Shown: positions 34,412 to 45,795 of the stretch, piece by piece
Layout of the letters: every line of letters starts with the position of its first letter
Position numbering within the stretch: the stretch's first letter is position 1
Virus record (IMG/VR): IMGVR_UViG_3300032770_000001
Location: 124,001 to 188,000 of that record
DNA length: 64,000 bases
Reading direction: 5' to 3' (one strand)
Translations under genes and position numbers: made by a program
The notes under the pieces: model-generated
Told to the model about the DNA's origin: nothing
Databases searched by the model: none
Seen by the model: the letters and a program-made list of their open reading frames with translations, nothing else

Positions 34412-35158
34412 ATGAGAACTCAATACGACGTGCCGACAGTCTTGTCGCTGGTGGACGAGAAGTTCGCCGATGCAACTGCTCGCGGCAAGACCTTCACCAA
34501 GTTCTCGGTAACGAAAGACAAGATTGTCGAACTGCGTGGTTGGCAACAGACCCTTGATTTGTTTGAGAAGCATTTCGATCAAGTCCTGACTGACCTTAAG
34601 ATCGTTTACGTTCCTCGGCAAATCCCTCCCGGTCCGATGGTAATCTTCCCCATCCGAGATGTGGATGGTGAATACAAGTACGCTCAAACCAAACCGCTCG
34701 AAGGCAGTGAGTTCTTCCATCCGGAGAAGAAATATTACTACATCGGTCGCGAACCTATCGGCCCTCGTTGGTTGGGCAACGATCCGGCAACGATCAAACT
34801 CATCCTGCAAAAACGTGTCGTCATCGTGGTGGAGGGTCCGTTTGACTTCCTCGCGGCTCGATTACTCTGCCCGAATGCGCCGATTATGAGCCCTCTGACC
34901 AAAACTCTCGGCCCGAAACACATCGCCTATCTGCGGATGCTTGGAGTCAAAGAGGTCGTGTTCATGTACGACAGTGAGGTCAGCGGCAAGGGGCAGGGAG
35001 CCGCCAAGTACCAATCCAAGCAACTTCAGGATTTGCCATACATGAAGACCAGCATTCTCCGTATCGCAGGCGGCGGCGATCCTTCCAAAGTTCTGCAATC
35101 CCCCCTCTACGCAAAGCAACTAAAAAAGCAAATAGATACTTGTCTTTTCGGTCGCTAA
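34412..35158 (+). CDS. DnaG-type primase catalytic (TOPRIM) subunit without a zinc finger
   Basis: IFPIRDVDG, VVEGPFD, FMYD TOPRIM pattern. Confidence 0.8.
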   Translation: MRTQYDVPTVLSLVDEKFADATARGKTFTKFSVTKDKIVELRGWQQTLDLFEKHFDQVLTDLKIVYVPRQIPPGPMVIFPIRDVDGEYKYAQTKPLEGSEFFHPEKKYYYIGREPIGPRWLGNDPATIKLILQKRVVIVVEGPFDFLAARLLCPNAPIMSPLTKTLGPKHIAYLRMLGVKEVVFMYDSEVSGKGQGAAKYQSKQLQDLPYMKTSILRIAGGGDPSKVLQSPLYAKQLKKQIDTCLFGR

Positions 35159-35172
35159 GGTATTAAGCTTAT

Positions 35173-35484
35173 GTGAGCGACTTTGATGAAGTTTTTCGTG
35201 TAAACAAGGAAATTCGAGAAGACCCCAACCGCCCTTATTTCACGGGCACGTTCGATCTTCAAGACGAAATCTCTTGTGAACTGGCTCTATTCGAAGCCGA
35301 CCAGATGGTCGATTCGTATCTGGAGAAGTTCCGCACACGCTTCAAAGACCCAAAGATGTTCGAAGACCTTTGTCAGGTTTACCGGAAGAAATTCCGCACG
35401 AACCTCAGAGAATTCCAACGTCAATCACGGGAGATTATCGATCAGTATGGCTACCACAAAGAAGACGAGGACGGCAACGTCTAA
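35173..35484 (+). CDS. Hypothetical protein
   Basis: 103 aa; GGTATTA upstream. Confidence 0.6.
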   Translation: MSDFDEVFRVNKEIREDPNRPYFTGTFDLQDEISCELALFEADQMVDSYLEKFRTRFKDPKMFEDLCQVYRKKFRTNLREFQRQSREIIDQYGYHKEDEDGNV

Positions 35485-35738
35485 AGCCGAAGGTATGTTC
35501 GCGGCGGACTGTCAGGACATTCCAGACCGTCATCCGCTCGAAGGTGTCGCGTCGTTTCTGCGTGCTCAGCAACCCGCGTATCTACGCTGGGAGCCGAAGA
35601 CGAAGTTCGAAGAGGTCGCCAAATCGATCATCATCCGGGCGCAAGCGGGGTTGCTCACTGACAACGTGGGGGCTCTAGCGGATTACATTCAGAGAGAATT
35701 ACGTTGTCACAGAAAGCACGTTAAGAGAGGAGGCTAAC

Positions 35739-36908
35739 ATGGGCGTTGATACTCACAAAGTAGAAGTCGTTCCCGTAGTGCTGGAACCACATCCAGACCC
35801 GGAGACGACCGCACTGTCCGTGGTGAAGATTTACAACTTCACCGTGGTCGTTCGCACTGAAGACTGGAAGGGAGTGGAGCGAGCCGCGTATGTGCAGCCC
35901 GACTCTATCCTTCCCGACAAGCCGGAGTTCCGTTTCCTGAAGATTACCGGGAACATCAAGCGTGAACTTGATGCTCTTGAGGGACTCACCGGGCCGGAGG
36001 CCGACGCACAGCGTGCGGCTCTTGAAGCCAAGATCGATATGAACACCAAGTATCTGTGCATTACGGTGCGCAAGCTTCGTGGTGTCATGTCGATGGGGAT
36101 GTTGCTGCCGCTGCCTCCGGGATATGAGAACGCGGAGTACGGCACCGATCTGGCTGATGTGCTCGGCATCACGCATTACGAGCCGCCAACTGAAGAGGAG
36201 CAGGTCAAGTCCCGCCGTCACGCAGGTGACGATGTCGGACCGCCTCCTCCGTCCTGCATCTACGCTCCGTCTTATGACGTGGAGTCTGCGTACAAGTACG
36301 CTTCTCTGTTCGAGCCGGGTGAGATGGTCTACGTATCGGAGAAAATCGACGGGCAGAACGCTCGTTTCGTGGCAACCGATGCTGACAACGAATGGCGTCG
36401 TGAAGAGACTCCGGGTGGACAGGTAAGCTCTGTTCGCGATATCACTCTCTACGCTGGTAGCCGCAACGAGTGGAAAAAGAAGGAAGGCGGCTCCAACTGG
36501 TGGAGAGTGCAGGAGCAGAACGAGTGGATTCCACGCTGGTGCTACGACAATCAGGATCGCGTCATGTACGGCGAGACCTTTGGTTGGGTAGCCAAATTGA
36601 AGTACGGCGCTAAGCAGGGACAGTTGTTCTTCCGCGCCTTTGACGTGTTGGACGGAACGGAATACTGGGACGCGGAGAAGTTCATCGCTGAGTTCCACGA
36701 ATCCCTCCGTGCCCCTTCACTCGGCATCATGCCGTTCGATTGGGAAAAGCTCGTCAAACTGGCGGACGGTCCGTCCCTTATTCCGGGGGCGAACAATATT
36801 AGGGAAGGGATTGTAATTAAACCTGTTAAAGAGCGTCGTCATTACAAACTCGGACGTGTTTTTGTCAAACTGGTGAGCAATGCCTATCTCGAACAGTCCA
36901 GCCGCTAA
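35739..36908 (+). CDS. ATP-dependent RNA ligase (DRB0094-like, N-terminal OB domain)
   Basis: EKIDG, GETFG, FDV, REGIV, KLVSNAYL; N-terminal PHP..L.V OB-like segment. Confidence 0.88.
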   Translation: MGVDTHKVEVVPVVLEPHPDPETTALSVVKIYNFTVVVRTEDWKGVERAAYVQPDSILPDKPEFRFLKITGNIKRELDALEGLTGPEADAQRAALEAKIDMNTKYLCITVRKLRGVMSMGMLLPLPPGYENAEYGTDLADVLGITHYEPPTEEEQVKSRRHAGDDVGPPPPSCIYAPSYDVESAYKYASLFEPGEMVYVSEKIDGQNARFVATDADNEWRREETPGGQVSSVRDITLYAGSRNEWKKKEGGSNWWRVQEQNEWIPRWCYDNQDRVMYGETFGWVAKLKYGAKQGQLFFRAFDVLDGTEYWDAEKFIAEFHESLRAPSLGIMPFDWEKLVKLADGPSLIPGANNIREGIVIKPVKERRHYKLGRVFVKLVSNAYLEQSSR

Positions 36909-37443
36909 CGCTCTCGATCTATCGGGACAGACGTTCGGTCGATTGACCGTGATGTCTCGTTCCGGTCGGTCGCGAGGTAGGCAAGCTGTTTGGCTCTGCT
37001 CGTGCACTTGCGGGGCTGAAACGCACGTCCGTGCAACCCAGCTACGCAAAGGCAAAACCAAATCTTGCGGTTGTCTGAAGGCTGAACGCTACCACTGGAC
37101 CGGGTATCAGGAGATCAGCGGAGAGTTTTGGTCGAATCAGAAAACGCACGCTCAGTCTCGTGGGCGGTCGTTCACGCTGTCGATTGAGCAAGCTTGGGAA
37201 TTGTTTGTTCAGCAAGGGCGAAAATGTGCCTATACGGGGCTGCCGTTGACCTTTTCCGGTTGCTACCACCGCGATAAAGCAGCGCAGACTGCTTCTCTGG
37301 ATCGCATAGACAGCGCAGGCAACTACACGTCGGATAACGTTCAGTGGGTGCACAAGGACGTGAACATGATGAAACAGAAACTTTCTCATGAACGGTTCAT
37401 CGAACTGTGCAGACTCATAGGAGAAAACCAATGTCGAATTTGA
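36880..37443 (+). CDS. Free-standing HNH-type homing endonuclease
   Basis: GQTFGRLTV...WLCSCTCG...SCGC N-terminus; CAYTG...SLDRIDS...NVQWVH..VN. Confidence 0.85.
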   Translation: MPISNSPAANALDLSGQTFGRLTVMSRSGRSRGRQAVWLCSCTCGAETHVRATQLRKGKTKSCGCLKAERYHWTGYQEISGEFWSNQKTHAQSRGRSFTLSIEQAWELFVQQGRKCAYTGLPLTFSGCYHRDKAAQTASLDRIDSAGNYTSDNVQWVHKDVNMMKQKLSHERFIELCRLIGENQCRI

Positions 37444-37802
37444 TGTCAGCCATCATACAGTTGAGAACGTTTGTCGCGAACCCACCGAATTGGCCCGGAG
37501 AAGAAGCCATCGTTGAGTTTCATAGCATTCTTGACCGCCTCGAAGAACACGATCTGGACATGTCGGATTACCGCATCCCAGCCGAGAAGGTGGATTTCCC
37601 TATCATCGGTTATCAGCGCGGAGCATTCCGGGGGCCTGCGGGTCGCCCTATCCGTGGAGATGTAAAGCGGGTGGATGAGGGGTATTTCAGCCGTCAAATC
37701 AAAGGGGCATTAGCCTACGCGGAAGCCAATCTGGAACGTGAATCTGACGAAGAAGAGATCAACGCCGCCATTCTGGAAAACCTGCCGAAGTCGGTGAACT
37801 AA
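37431..37802 (+). CDS. Hypothetical protein
   Basis: GGAG RBS; 123 aa. Confidence 0.65.
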   Translation: MSNLMSAIIQLRTFVANPPNWPGEEAIVEFHSILDRLEEHDLDMSDYRIPAEKVDFPIIGYQRGAFRGPAGRPIRGDVKRVDEGYFSRQIKGALAYAEANLERESDEEEINAAILENLPKSVN

Positions 37803-38288
37803 CCGCTAATGACTGCGCTGTCCTCGATCTGGGATGTGGCGACTGACCTGACATGGGTCAACGCCCTCTCAGCGGGGGCGGCGTTTCTTGTTAACAAGCT
37901 GTTTCCCAATAAGCCAGATAAAGACGATGACGACAAAGGCCCGTCTGATGAACCCCACCTGCCTTTGCCGACCGGGGGTGATTGGAACTGGGAAAAATTC
38001 AACCGGGAACTCGACGAAATTGGCAAAGATATTCACCCAGACGCGGTATTGACTAAGTAGCATGAGCAGATATGTCCCCATCGATGATGAAATGACGCAC
38101 ACTCTCCAACCGGAGAACAGCGTCTTCGTGATCTACAACCTTGAACGCTTGCGTCTTGTTGGCGCAGACATCCGCGAAGGATTCACCACCAAACAGGCAC
38201 AGGCTTTCCTCGATCTCCATGGCGACGATCTCCGCACGCTGCTCGAAACAACCGTCAAAGAATTCATGAAGAAGAAAGTAGGCAAATA

Positions 38289-38765
38289 ATGCCCGTATCA
38301 TTTGAACAAGTAGTGGAAATGATCCGCAAGGAAAACGAATACGCCACGAAGTGGGCGAAGGGCTCCCGCAAGATTTCCAAGGTGGAAGGCGTCAGCGACG
38401 GCGACGTACACGCTGGCACCACAGGTCCGGCAGGACAGCCGTTCGGCATCTCCGACTGGTGGATTTTCGCACGCAAGTATTTCAACGAGATTCCCGATGT
38501 CATGGCGAACTACACGCCGGACGGCGGCTCAGCCCGTATCCGCATTATCAAGGTCATTTCGCTGCTCGTCCGCTGCCTGATGATCTACGGTCGCCCCTCT
38601 GATCTGGAGCGTCTCGCTGGCAAGTCCAGCCGTGACTTCCCGATTCTCGGCGGCGGTATTTCGACATTCGACGAATTGAGCAGCGCAGAAGGTTGCCTGA
38701 TTCCGACTGCGGAGACTGGTAAGCTACGCAATGAAGCGCCAAGCTGCGATCCGCTGAAGAGCTAA
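38289..38765 (+). CDS. Hypothetical protein, possibly MazG-like helical
   Basis: E.EY...W...DW...R..K...L..G pattern shared with 39057-39356. Confidence 0.6.
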   Translation: MPVSFEQVVEMIRKENEYATKWAKGSRKISKVEGVSDGDVHAGTTGPAGQPFGISDWWIFARKYFNEIPDVMANYTPDGGSARIRIIKVISLLVRCLMIYGRPSDLERLAGKSSRDFPILGGGISTFDELSSAEGCLIPTAETGKLRNEAPSCDPLKS

Positions 38766-39056
38766 ACATGTCACGCACCATAGGACAACGAGTCGGCGCG
38801 GTCTCCCACTCCGAGGAAGATACTATCTTCATTTTTGGATATGGTACCTACGCTGGGGATGAAGTGCCGGATTCCGCTGGCGGCTGGATGGGGAAGATGC
38901 TCGCGGAAGAGAAAGTCACCAACCCGAAGATCGTCCTCGACAACGGCAAGGTGGTTTGGGGCTGCGAGTGTTGGTGGGGGTCGGAAGAACAGATTCAAAA
39001 GGCAGCAGCAGGTTTTCAACACGTAGTAGAAATCGACATTGAGGAGGCACGTAAAG

Positions 39057-39356
39057 ATGCCGAACAGAGCAACAACGACAGTAACTCGTGAGCAGTTCAT
39101 GGAAGCTTGCGAAGCGGTATGGTCGGAAATCGAGTACCAGAACAGCCTTGAACGCCGCACTGGTGATGAAGCCAAGGAACCAGCCGGGTTTTTCACCCTC
39201 GGTCATGTTTACCTGAATCGTGGCGAAGCACTGTGGGCTGACAACGCTGGGACCGAAGCCTGCCTGCCGAGTCTTCGTAAACTGGCTGCGATCTTCGTCC
39301 GTGGCATGGTCTATTGCGGCATCACCTATCGTGAAACGCCTACGACCGTTGCGTAA
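39057..39356 (+). CDS. Hypothetical protein, possibly MazG-like helical
   Basis: EIEYQ...LRKLAAIFVRGM..CG. Confidence 0.6.
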   Translation: MPNRATTTVTREQFMEACEAVWSEIEYQNSLERRTGDEAKEPAGFFTLGHVYLNRGEALWADNAGTEACLPSLRKLAAIFVRGMVYCGITYRETPTTVA

Positions 39357-40992
39357 TATTCCGAACTGATTTACTATCGCTGGAGAGGTTTTTGAATGCG
39401 TTACTACCCAGTCAAAATTCAGCGAATCATCTCGGTTCAGTACAAGAAACTCAAGCCCGGTGAACAGGCTGTAAATCGCACTGACACCATTCCCACAACT
39501 GAACGTCGCAACGGTTCTACCTTCGGCTACACTGGCGTCCAGAAGGAATTCTTCCGCGTCGTCAGCAAGCTACTTGGCGAGTGCGGTCATGAACACAAGA
39601 CGGAAGCCTCGGCTCAGCCTTGCTTCAAGCGTATGAAGAAGGAATGGTCAGCGATCCGTTCCAACCAATCCAAGACCGCGTATGCGCGGCGTCAGCAGGT
39701 TGCTCAAGCATGAATACTCTCCGTGCAGTAGCCACAGCATACGACAATCACGCCAATCGTCTCGCCCGTCGCCATGAGGGGAAGTTGAAGAGAGTGGTCG
39801 GCCACACCCGCAAAGAAGGCAAGCGTGTGGCGATTACCATCGCCGATGTCATCGACAACTATCGCACTAACGCCGACCGCGTGCGTGCCTTGATTCCGCC
39901 TGACGAAGTCCCGGCTGAGACACAGTGGAGTCTTGAAGCTTCGGAAACCCCGGCTCTCGGTCCGGGATCGACGGTGACCGCGAAAGACAAGGTCGCCAAT
40001 CCGAAAGAGCTTTTGGAGAAATTCACCAAATGAACATCCCCATCGTGGTTGCGGCGATTGTTGCTGCAATTCCGGCTTACGGCATGTACAAGGTGAAGAC
40101 TACGAAGTCCAGCATAGAGAACGGCTGGACGTATCTTCCCTATGCCGTTGAGCGTTTTGGCTGGGTTGATGGTTTCCGCCGCTGGTGGAGATATCATGCT
40201 TCCCCGGCTGCTCAGTACGAAACTTTCCGTTACTGGCGGAAGCGCCGTTCATTGATCGACCGCCGCGAGAAGAAATCATGGAGCCAGACTGTCCACATCA
40301 TCGACCGGGACGGCGACTTCTACATCGTCGAATGCCCCCAGTGTAACGACGTGCACGGTCTCTGGTGCCATCGTCCGTGGGAGAAAATCACGGATGAGCA
40401 GTGGGAAGCTGGCGTTCGCGAGACTTACTGCGACCAATGCCAGAAAGACCGCAAGTCGCATTTCCATTGCAGCCGTTGCGACATCGGCATCGATCTGCAT
40501 TGGGAAGATGGCTACCATCGCATGAAGGATCACCGTGAAGGTCGTCCTCCACTGCCAATCCAAGCGGTGAAAGACGACAACGGCAAGTGGCACCTTGGCA
40601 TTCATGCTGACGCTCCGTGGTGGTGGACACGCCGTGAGGTCTGCCGCGATTATCGCCCTGAGACTGGAAAAGATGCTCATGGGCATGAAAAGTACAGAAC
40701 GTATCCCAACCCCAAGAACTGGATGTGCGGGATGCAAGCGCAGTGTGAACAAGCGAGAGTACCGGGAGCGACGAGTTGAAGAGAGTCAAAGTCCCGGTCA
40801 CTGATCGTCAGTTTCCTCCGGAAGTTCTGATGGTCAATGACGACATGGGCGAGATAACGATCAAGATGAAGTTCATTGACCGTTACGAGGCAGGACGGTT
40901 CTACAACGAAGCCTTGGTAGCCGGATGGCGGCGTTACCGGGGTTTTTCGTTAGACCTTCTGGTGGACTCGAAAAAGAAAGCGAGAGCATAAC

Positions 40993-42324
40993 ATGTTCGG
41001 ACGTGGTAATTGGGCCGTATTCGGCATCAAGAAAGAAAGCCTCAAGAAGTTTCGCAAGAACCTGAACAATGAAGTGGTCATGCTGGACGTGAGCCAGCTT
41101 GGTGCCTCGATCAAAGCGAAGTTCCTGAATCAGACCAGCTACGGCATCAACCCCTTCGCCGATCCCCGCAAGGATGAAAAGCTGACGGTCGCCAAGCACT
41201 CCACGCTAGCGGAATACTTTGCACAGCCGAAGGATGTGCGCGAACTCCTCTCCGAAGGTGAACTGGAAGTGACGCAGCAAGGCTACGGTCTGGCTGAGGA
41301 ATTCGAACTCCCTGATCCCGGTGCTGATGGCGTCGAAAGCCACTACTACGGGCTCTGGTTCGTCATCAACGAACAGGAAGATGTCACCGATCCGGCGTCC
41401 AAGAAGGAAGCCATTTCCTACAAGGACATGACCAAGCCCTTCAAGTTCCTGAACAAGGATGAGAAGAAGGCAGTCGAAGCACAGGTCAAGCTGACCGCTG
41501 TCCCCGCCCGTAAGCAATTCGCCGTGTTGCTTGATTTCGCCGACGAACGTGCCTATGTCGAATCCTCTAGCCAAGACGATGTGCTGGCGGTGCAGACGGT
41601 GCTCAATCAGCTTGGGGCCGACATTTTCTCGATGGCGTGGCAGTTTGACGATTGGGATTGGACAATTCGCTTTCTCAACAAGGTCAACTCCGAGACCCAT
41701 TACGAAGAGCAGATGGCAGAGCGTGCCGATGAACTGACCCGTTTCCGCCCGGATGAAATCGCCAAGATGGACGACCGCATGATGGAGTCCATCGTCAGCA
41801 ATTTCTTCGCTCTATCGCAGTTGGACACCGGGGACTGGTGCGGCTTGACAACCCCGACCCGCATCCGCCTCTATCCGACTACCGACCCAGCGACGGTCGC
41901 CAACGTTAGCACAGCGTTCAGCCTGCTGCGAGTGACCGACAAAGCGATGGTCGCCTCTGCTTCACTGGTTTTCCAGTCCCTTGAGTCCTATGTCGTCAAG
42001 AAGACGGACGAAGAGAAGCAAGTGCGTAAAGACCTGTTCACTCTCGATCTCAACGACAACATCAATTTGAACGATGCCGGAGCCGGAATGCTCCGTGGCT
42101 TCGATATGCCCCAATTCAAGAAGGACATCAAGACGGCGATCAAAGCCCAAGAAGGCGGCTTGTCCATCGCCGAATACTGGAAGAACTGGCTCCAGTCCAT
42201 GCGTGAGGCTGTTTACAAATTCACCGACAACGTGACCGAGACTCTCGCCATCGACAAAAAGAAGTACGGACTCAAGCCATTTGCTGTTGAAGTCAATGAG
42301 CCGGAGTCTGTGGAGGTCGAATGA
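40993..42324 (+). CDS. RdgC-like protein
   Basis: KKAVEAQVKLTAVPARKQFAVLLDFADERAYVESSS..V..V...LG resembles the RdgC core as recalled. Confidence 0.5.
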   Translation: MFGRGNWAVFGIKKESLKKFRKNLNNEVVMLDVSQLGASIKAKFLNQTSYGINPFADPRKDEKLTVAKHSTLAEYFAQPKDVRELLSEGELEVTQQGYGLAEEFELPDPGADGVESHYYGLWFVINEQEDVTDPASKKEAISYKDMTKPFKFLNKDEKKAVEAQVKLTAVPARKQFAVLLDFADERAYVESSSQDDVLAVQTVLNQLGADIFSMAWQFDDWDWTIRFLNKVNSETHYEEQMAERADELTRFRPDEIAKMDDRMMESIVSNFFALSQLDTGDWCGLTTPTRIRLYPTTDPATVANVSTAFSLLRVTDKAMVASASLVFQSLESYVVKKTDEEKQVRKDLFTLDLNDNINLNDAGAGMLRGFDMPQFKKDIKTAIKAQEGGLSIAEYWKNWLQSMREAVYKFTDNVTETLAIDKKKYGLKPFAVEVNEPESVEVE

Positions 42325-43756
42325 CGCTCGGCTACCAACACGACTTTCGCAAGTATCCAGACCTGCCGGAACGCTGCATCATCTGTGCGAGACTGCGTAC
42401 CCCAGAAAACGAACAGCTTGAGTGTGTCAAACCTGAGCCGCCATTGTCCCGCGAATACATGGCTCGGCTAGTTTCAGTTGCACAACTTCGCGATTACGTT
42501 GAATCTGCTGGAGGAAAATGATGAAACCGCAGGACATGGATGGACAGAAAGTCATTGACTTCATGCTGAAGAGCATTGAAGCTCGCAAACAAAGCATCAT
42601 CGCCAACCGTGAGAAGATTTACGATCTCATTCTCGAAGGCAAGGACGATGAAGCGAACGCCCTCGTCGAGCAGATGATGGTCAGCATGGCAGTGGTCAAC
42701 TATTTCGCCGATGAGATCGCGATGGTCGAGACGGCGAAGAAGCTGAAGGACCTGCTGGAGATGCCGAAGAGCCCGACTGTTCCTGTTGCCGAAGCATGAC
42801 CACTGACCCACTTTCGCTAGGCGAAAGCTGGGCACCAGAGGTCAACAAGGCGTTTGGGGAGAGTGTATTACAGGGCGGTTGCGACCTGAATAAAGTACCT
42901 GTGGGCGGCTTCGTCATACTGACTACACGGCAGACCCGGTACGTGATCGAGAAGCTGGAAGACGGCTTTAAGATCGCCGGGAATGACAAGTATTGCCCTG
43001 TCCCGACGAAGTGCACTATTATGGGTTCAGTCTTCCATCGGGAAGGAAGTATGATTAGGTCGCGCTGGCTCGGTCGCGGGATGTTTATGGAGTTCGGTAC
43101 GGCGGCTTTCCCCCGGCTGATAAGCTCCGAGATTACGGACGTGGTAGAGATATGAATTTTGACATCCATGTTGAACGGGCGATCTCACCGAACATAGTGG
43201 ACTTCCGCGTAGAAGCTTGGGATAAAAAGCAACGGATCGCAGCGTTTTACGTGCGGAGAGTTGACACGTCTAAGGGCTATCTCAATGTACTTCAGCAAAT
43301 AGCTGAGCAGGCTCCGAAATGTTGCAACGACTTTACGGTGACGCACACCCGGTGGAATAACGAGGGTACGCCATATCAACGCCGCATTTCCGAATGGATC
43401 GAACACTGTCCCCATCATATCGGCATTGGTTTTCCGGCTTACCACGTTTCTGGAACGAAGAAAGACGATGACCGGATGTTCGAATGCACGTATTGCGGGT
43501 GCGTGTTTCCTGAATCGCAGGGAATTGAGGTTGACTCGCGGTGACTGGCGAGCAGATTCGACAAATGCTCGATGAACTCGAAGGGTGTTATTGCCAGCGG
43601 TGGATCGAAGATCGAATGGGCGGTTATGTCGATACTCGACTGGATCGCCGAAAGGCACGAAAGGTAATTGAAAAATGGCTGAAGATGAATTCCTCACAAC
43701 AGACCCGGACTATTCGTCAATCCAATACGAAGAGCCGAAACCGCGTGTCGGCGTAG
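42321..43756 (+). other. Run of small coupled hypothetical ORFs (42321, 42518, 42796, 43152, 43541)
   Basis: ATGA/GTGA overlaps. Confidence 0.65.
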
Positions 43757-44199
43757 CGACCATCGTCCATAAAGGCCCGAACATCTTGCTCGGCAAGTCC
43801 AAAAAGAAGGGCACCGAAGGACAATGGGTGATCCCCGGTGGTGGGATTCGCGAGTACGAGACCATTCAGGAAGCCTCGACACGCGAAATCGCCGAAGAGA
43901 CGGGTGTTGTCTGTGGTAATCAGGAGATGCTCTTCCTGTCCGAACGTGTGAATAAAGCCGAGAAAGAGCACCGCATCGTGATCTATGTCGTGGGGCAATG
44001 GCTTTCCGGCGAGATCAAAGCTGGCGATGACCTGAGCGAGGTTCGCTGGGTTGATCCACGCGATCTCGGTCTGTATCAGCACCAGATGGGCGAAATGACC
44101 ATCGATGCTTTCATGAAATACAGCATGGTGCTGAAAGCTAAAGCCATGTCCGGGCGTCCCATCGCACAGATGGAAGTGCCGCCCAATCAGGTGAACTAG
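43675..44199 (+). CDS. Nudix hydrolase
   Basis: Nudix box GGIREYETIQEASTREIAEETGV. Confidence 0.93.
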   Translation: MAEDEFLTTDPDYSSIQYEEPKPRVGVATIVHKGPNILLGKSKKKGTEGQWVIPGGGIREYETIQEASTREIAEETGVVCGNQEMLFLSERVNKAEKEHRIVIYVVGQWLSGEIKAGDDLSEVRWVDPRDLGLYQHQMGEMTIDAFMKYSMVLKAKAMSGRPIAQMEVPPNQVN

Positions 44200-44208
44200 G
44201 AGGAAGTA

Positions 44209-45398
44209 ATGTCAAGCGAATTGAGAAGAACAATTACAATCGAAAACGGTGAAGACACACGCTTCGAACTCAATCTGAACACAGGAAATATTTCTCTGCT
44301 TACCGTAGCCGACGATGACACGGTGATCGGAAATCTAGAAATTCATCCGACCGCTCTATCGGATATTGTTTCCGAGTATAAAAAGCGGTTCGTTGACATG
44401 GGGAATGGCAAGTCCGAACCCCTTTCGGTTGACTGATGCTGACCTATCGTTACGTTGATGATGGCTGGTACTGTCAGGACTTCTGGATCGAGGATGAGAA
44501 CGGTAAACGTTTCGCCATGACCCAGAGCGAAGACGCCGCCAAGGAAATCTGCGAGGCTGTGAACAAAGCCCGTGCAGTGGAGACCTTTGATGCAGAAATC
44601 CCCGGCACAATCGCCGATTAAGCCGTTCTGCCGCTGGCATATCGCAACGGTCGAAAACCCGGCAGGCACCGACTGCTCGGCGCACATGTGCGAGGGTCGT
44701 GTGTTCGAGTGCCCTTACGTTTCGATTGCGGACTCGCAGGCGCAGGAATATCCTTGTGCAGATGCGGAGGCTCTATGAACCCAAAGGAACTTTTCAAAGC
44801 CTGCACCACTCAATGTATCTGGTGTAAGGAACAGTGGCCTGTCGTGGCTAGCGGCGGACACATGCTGCACGTCGGTCCCTTCACCAAAGATAAACACCTA
44901 TTCTCATGGCCTTGCGCAGCGGAACCCATCCGTCAGGCGTTTGAGTATGTCACTTACAAAGGCGGCAAACAGATCGCATGGAAGCCGCGTAGTGCTAAGG
45001 TTCTGTTCGACATCATCACCAAGCGACATGGGCGTAATGGCGGACTGTGCAAGAACGTCATGAGCCCGGACAACCGTAGTTTCTGGCGCACGGGGAGTCG
45101 AGCGGTTCTCGAAGTAGCGAGTTGGCCCGAATGGAAACAGAGTTGCAACTTTGACGGTAGACGGTCAAAGCCCGTTACTCAAGAACGCTTGAAGGAAACC
45201 CGTGACGAACTCGCGTTCTACGATGAATGCGATTTCGCCTGCCGCCAACAATGCACCGAGAATCTCCAATACCGTCCCAAGCTGGATCGTAACTGGAATG
45301 AGCCGACCTGCAACGATGGTATGGGCTGCATGACCTGCTGGGAGCGGTATGAGAAGGCCAAAGAGGAGTGGGAGACCGCTAACCCCTGCTGTTACTAA
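44209..45398 (+). other. Small hypothetical ORFs (44209, 44436, 44776-45398 Cys-rich)
   Basis: Coupled ORFs; GGAGG RBS. Confidence 0.6.
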
Positions 45399-45776
45399 AT
45401 GTTCATTCTCCAGACCATCTTTCCGCAAATCGGCGAATTCTTCCGTAAACAGGTCGATCTGCCGAAGATACTTGACGACGCTATCGCCAAGATCAAGATG
45501 CCCCACAACCCTGTGGGGAGATTTGCTTTCTGTTTCTTCTCGGAACTGATCTCATTCTTCATCATCGCCACGAACTTCCGGGCACTTGCCAAGGGTTATC
45601 TGTTTTGGACGGTGGGGACGGATGGTTTGATCGTTCTTCAGAATTCCATCGTCAGCAAGCTCATGATCGAGAATGAGAAGTCACGAGATGGCATCTCCAT
45701 CGCAGCCTTTACCATAGGTGGTATGTGCGGTTCCGCCCTCTGCATTATTCTAACGAAGCGCCTGTGGGGAGGCTAA
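45399..45776 (+). CDS. Small multi-pass membrane protein
   Basis: Three hydrophobic segments; GGMCGS near the end. Confidence 0.65.
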   Translation: MFILQTIFPQIGEFFRKQVDLPKILDDAIAKIKMPHNPVGRFAFCFFSELISFFIIATNFRALAKGYLFWTVGTDGLIVLQNSIVSKLMIENEKSRDGISIAAFTIGGMCGSALCIILTKRLWGG

Positions 45777-45795
45777 CTACAGTATTGAACTATGT

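Larger units (their letters stand above)
37809..40991 (+). other. Run of small coupled hypothetical ORFs (37809, 38062, 38768, 39396, 39710, 40030, 40776)
   Basis: Back-to-back ORFs with start/stop overlaps; 40030-40779 has a TM segment and CxxC pairs. Confidence 0.65.
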
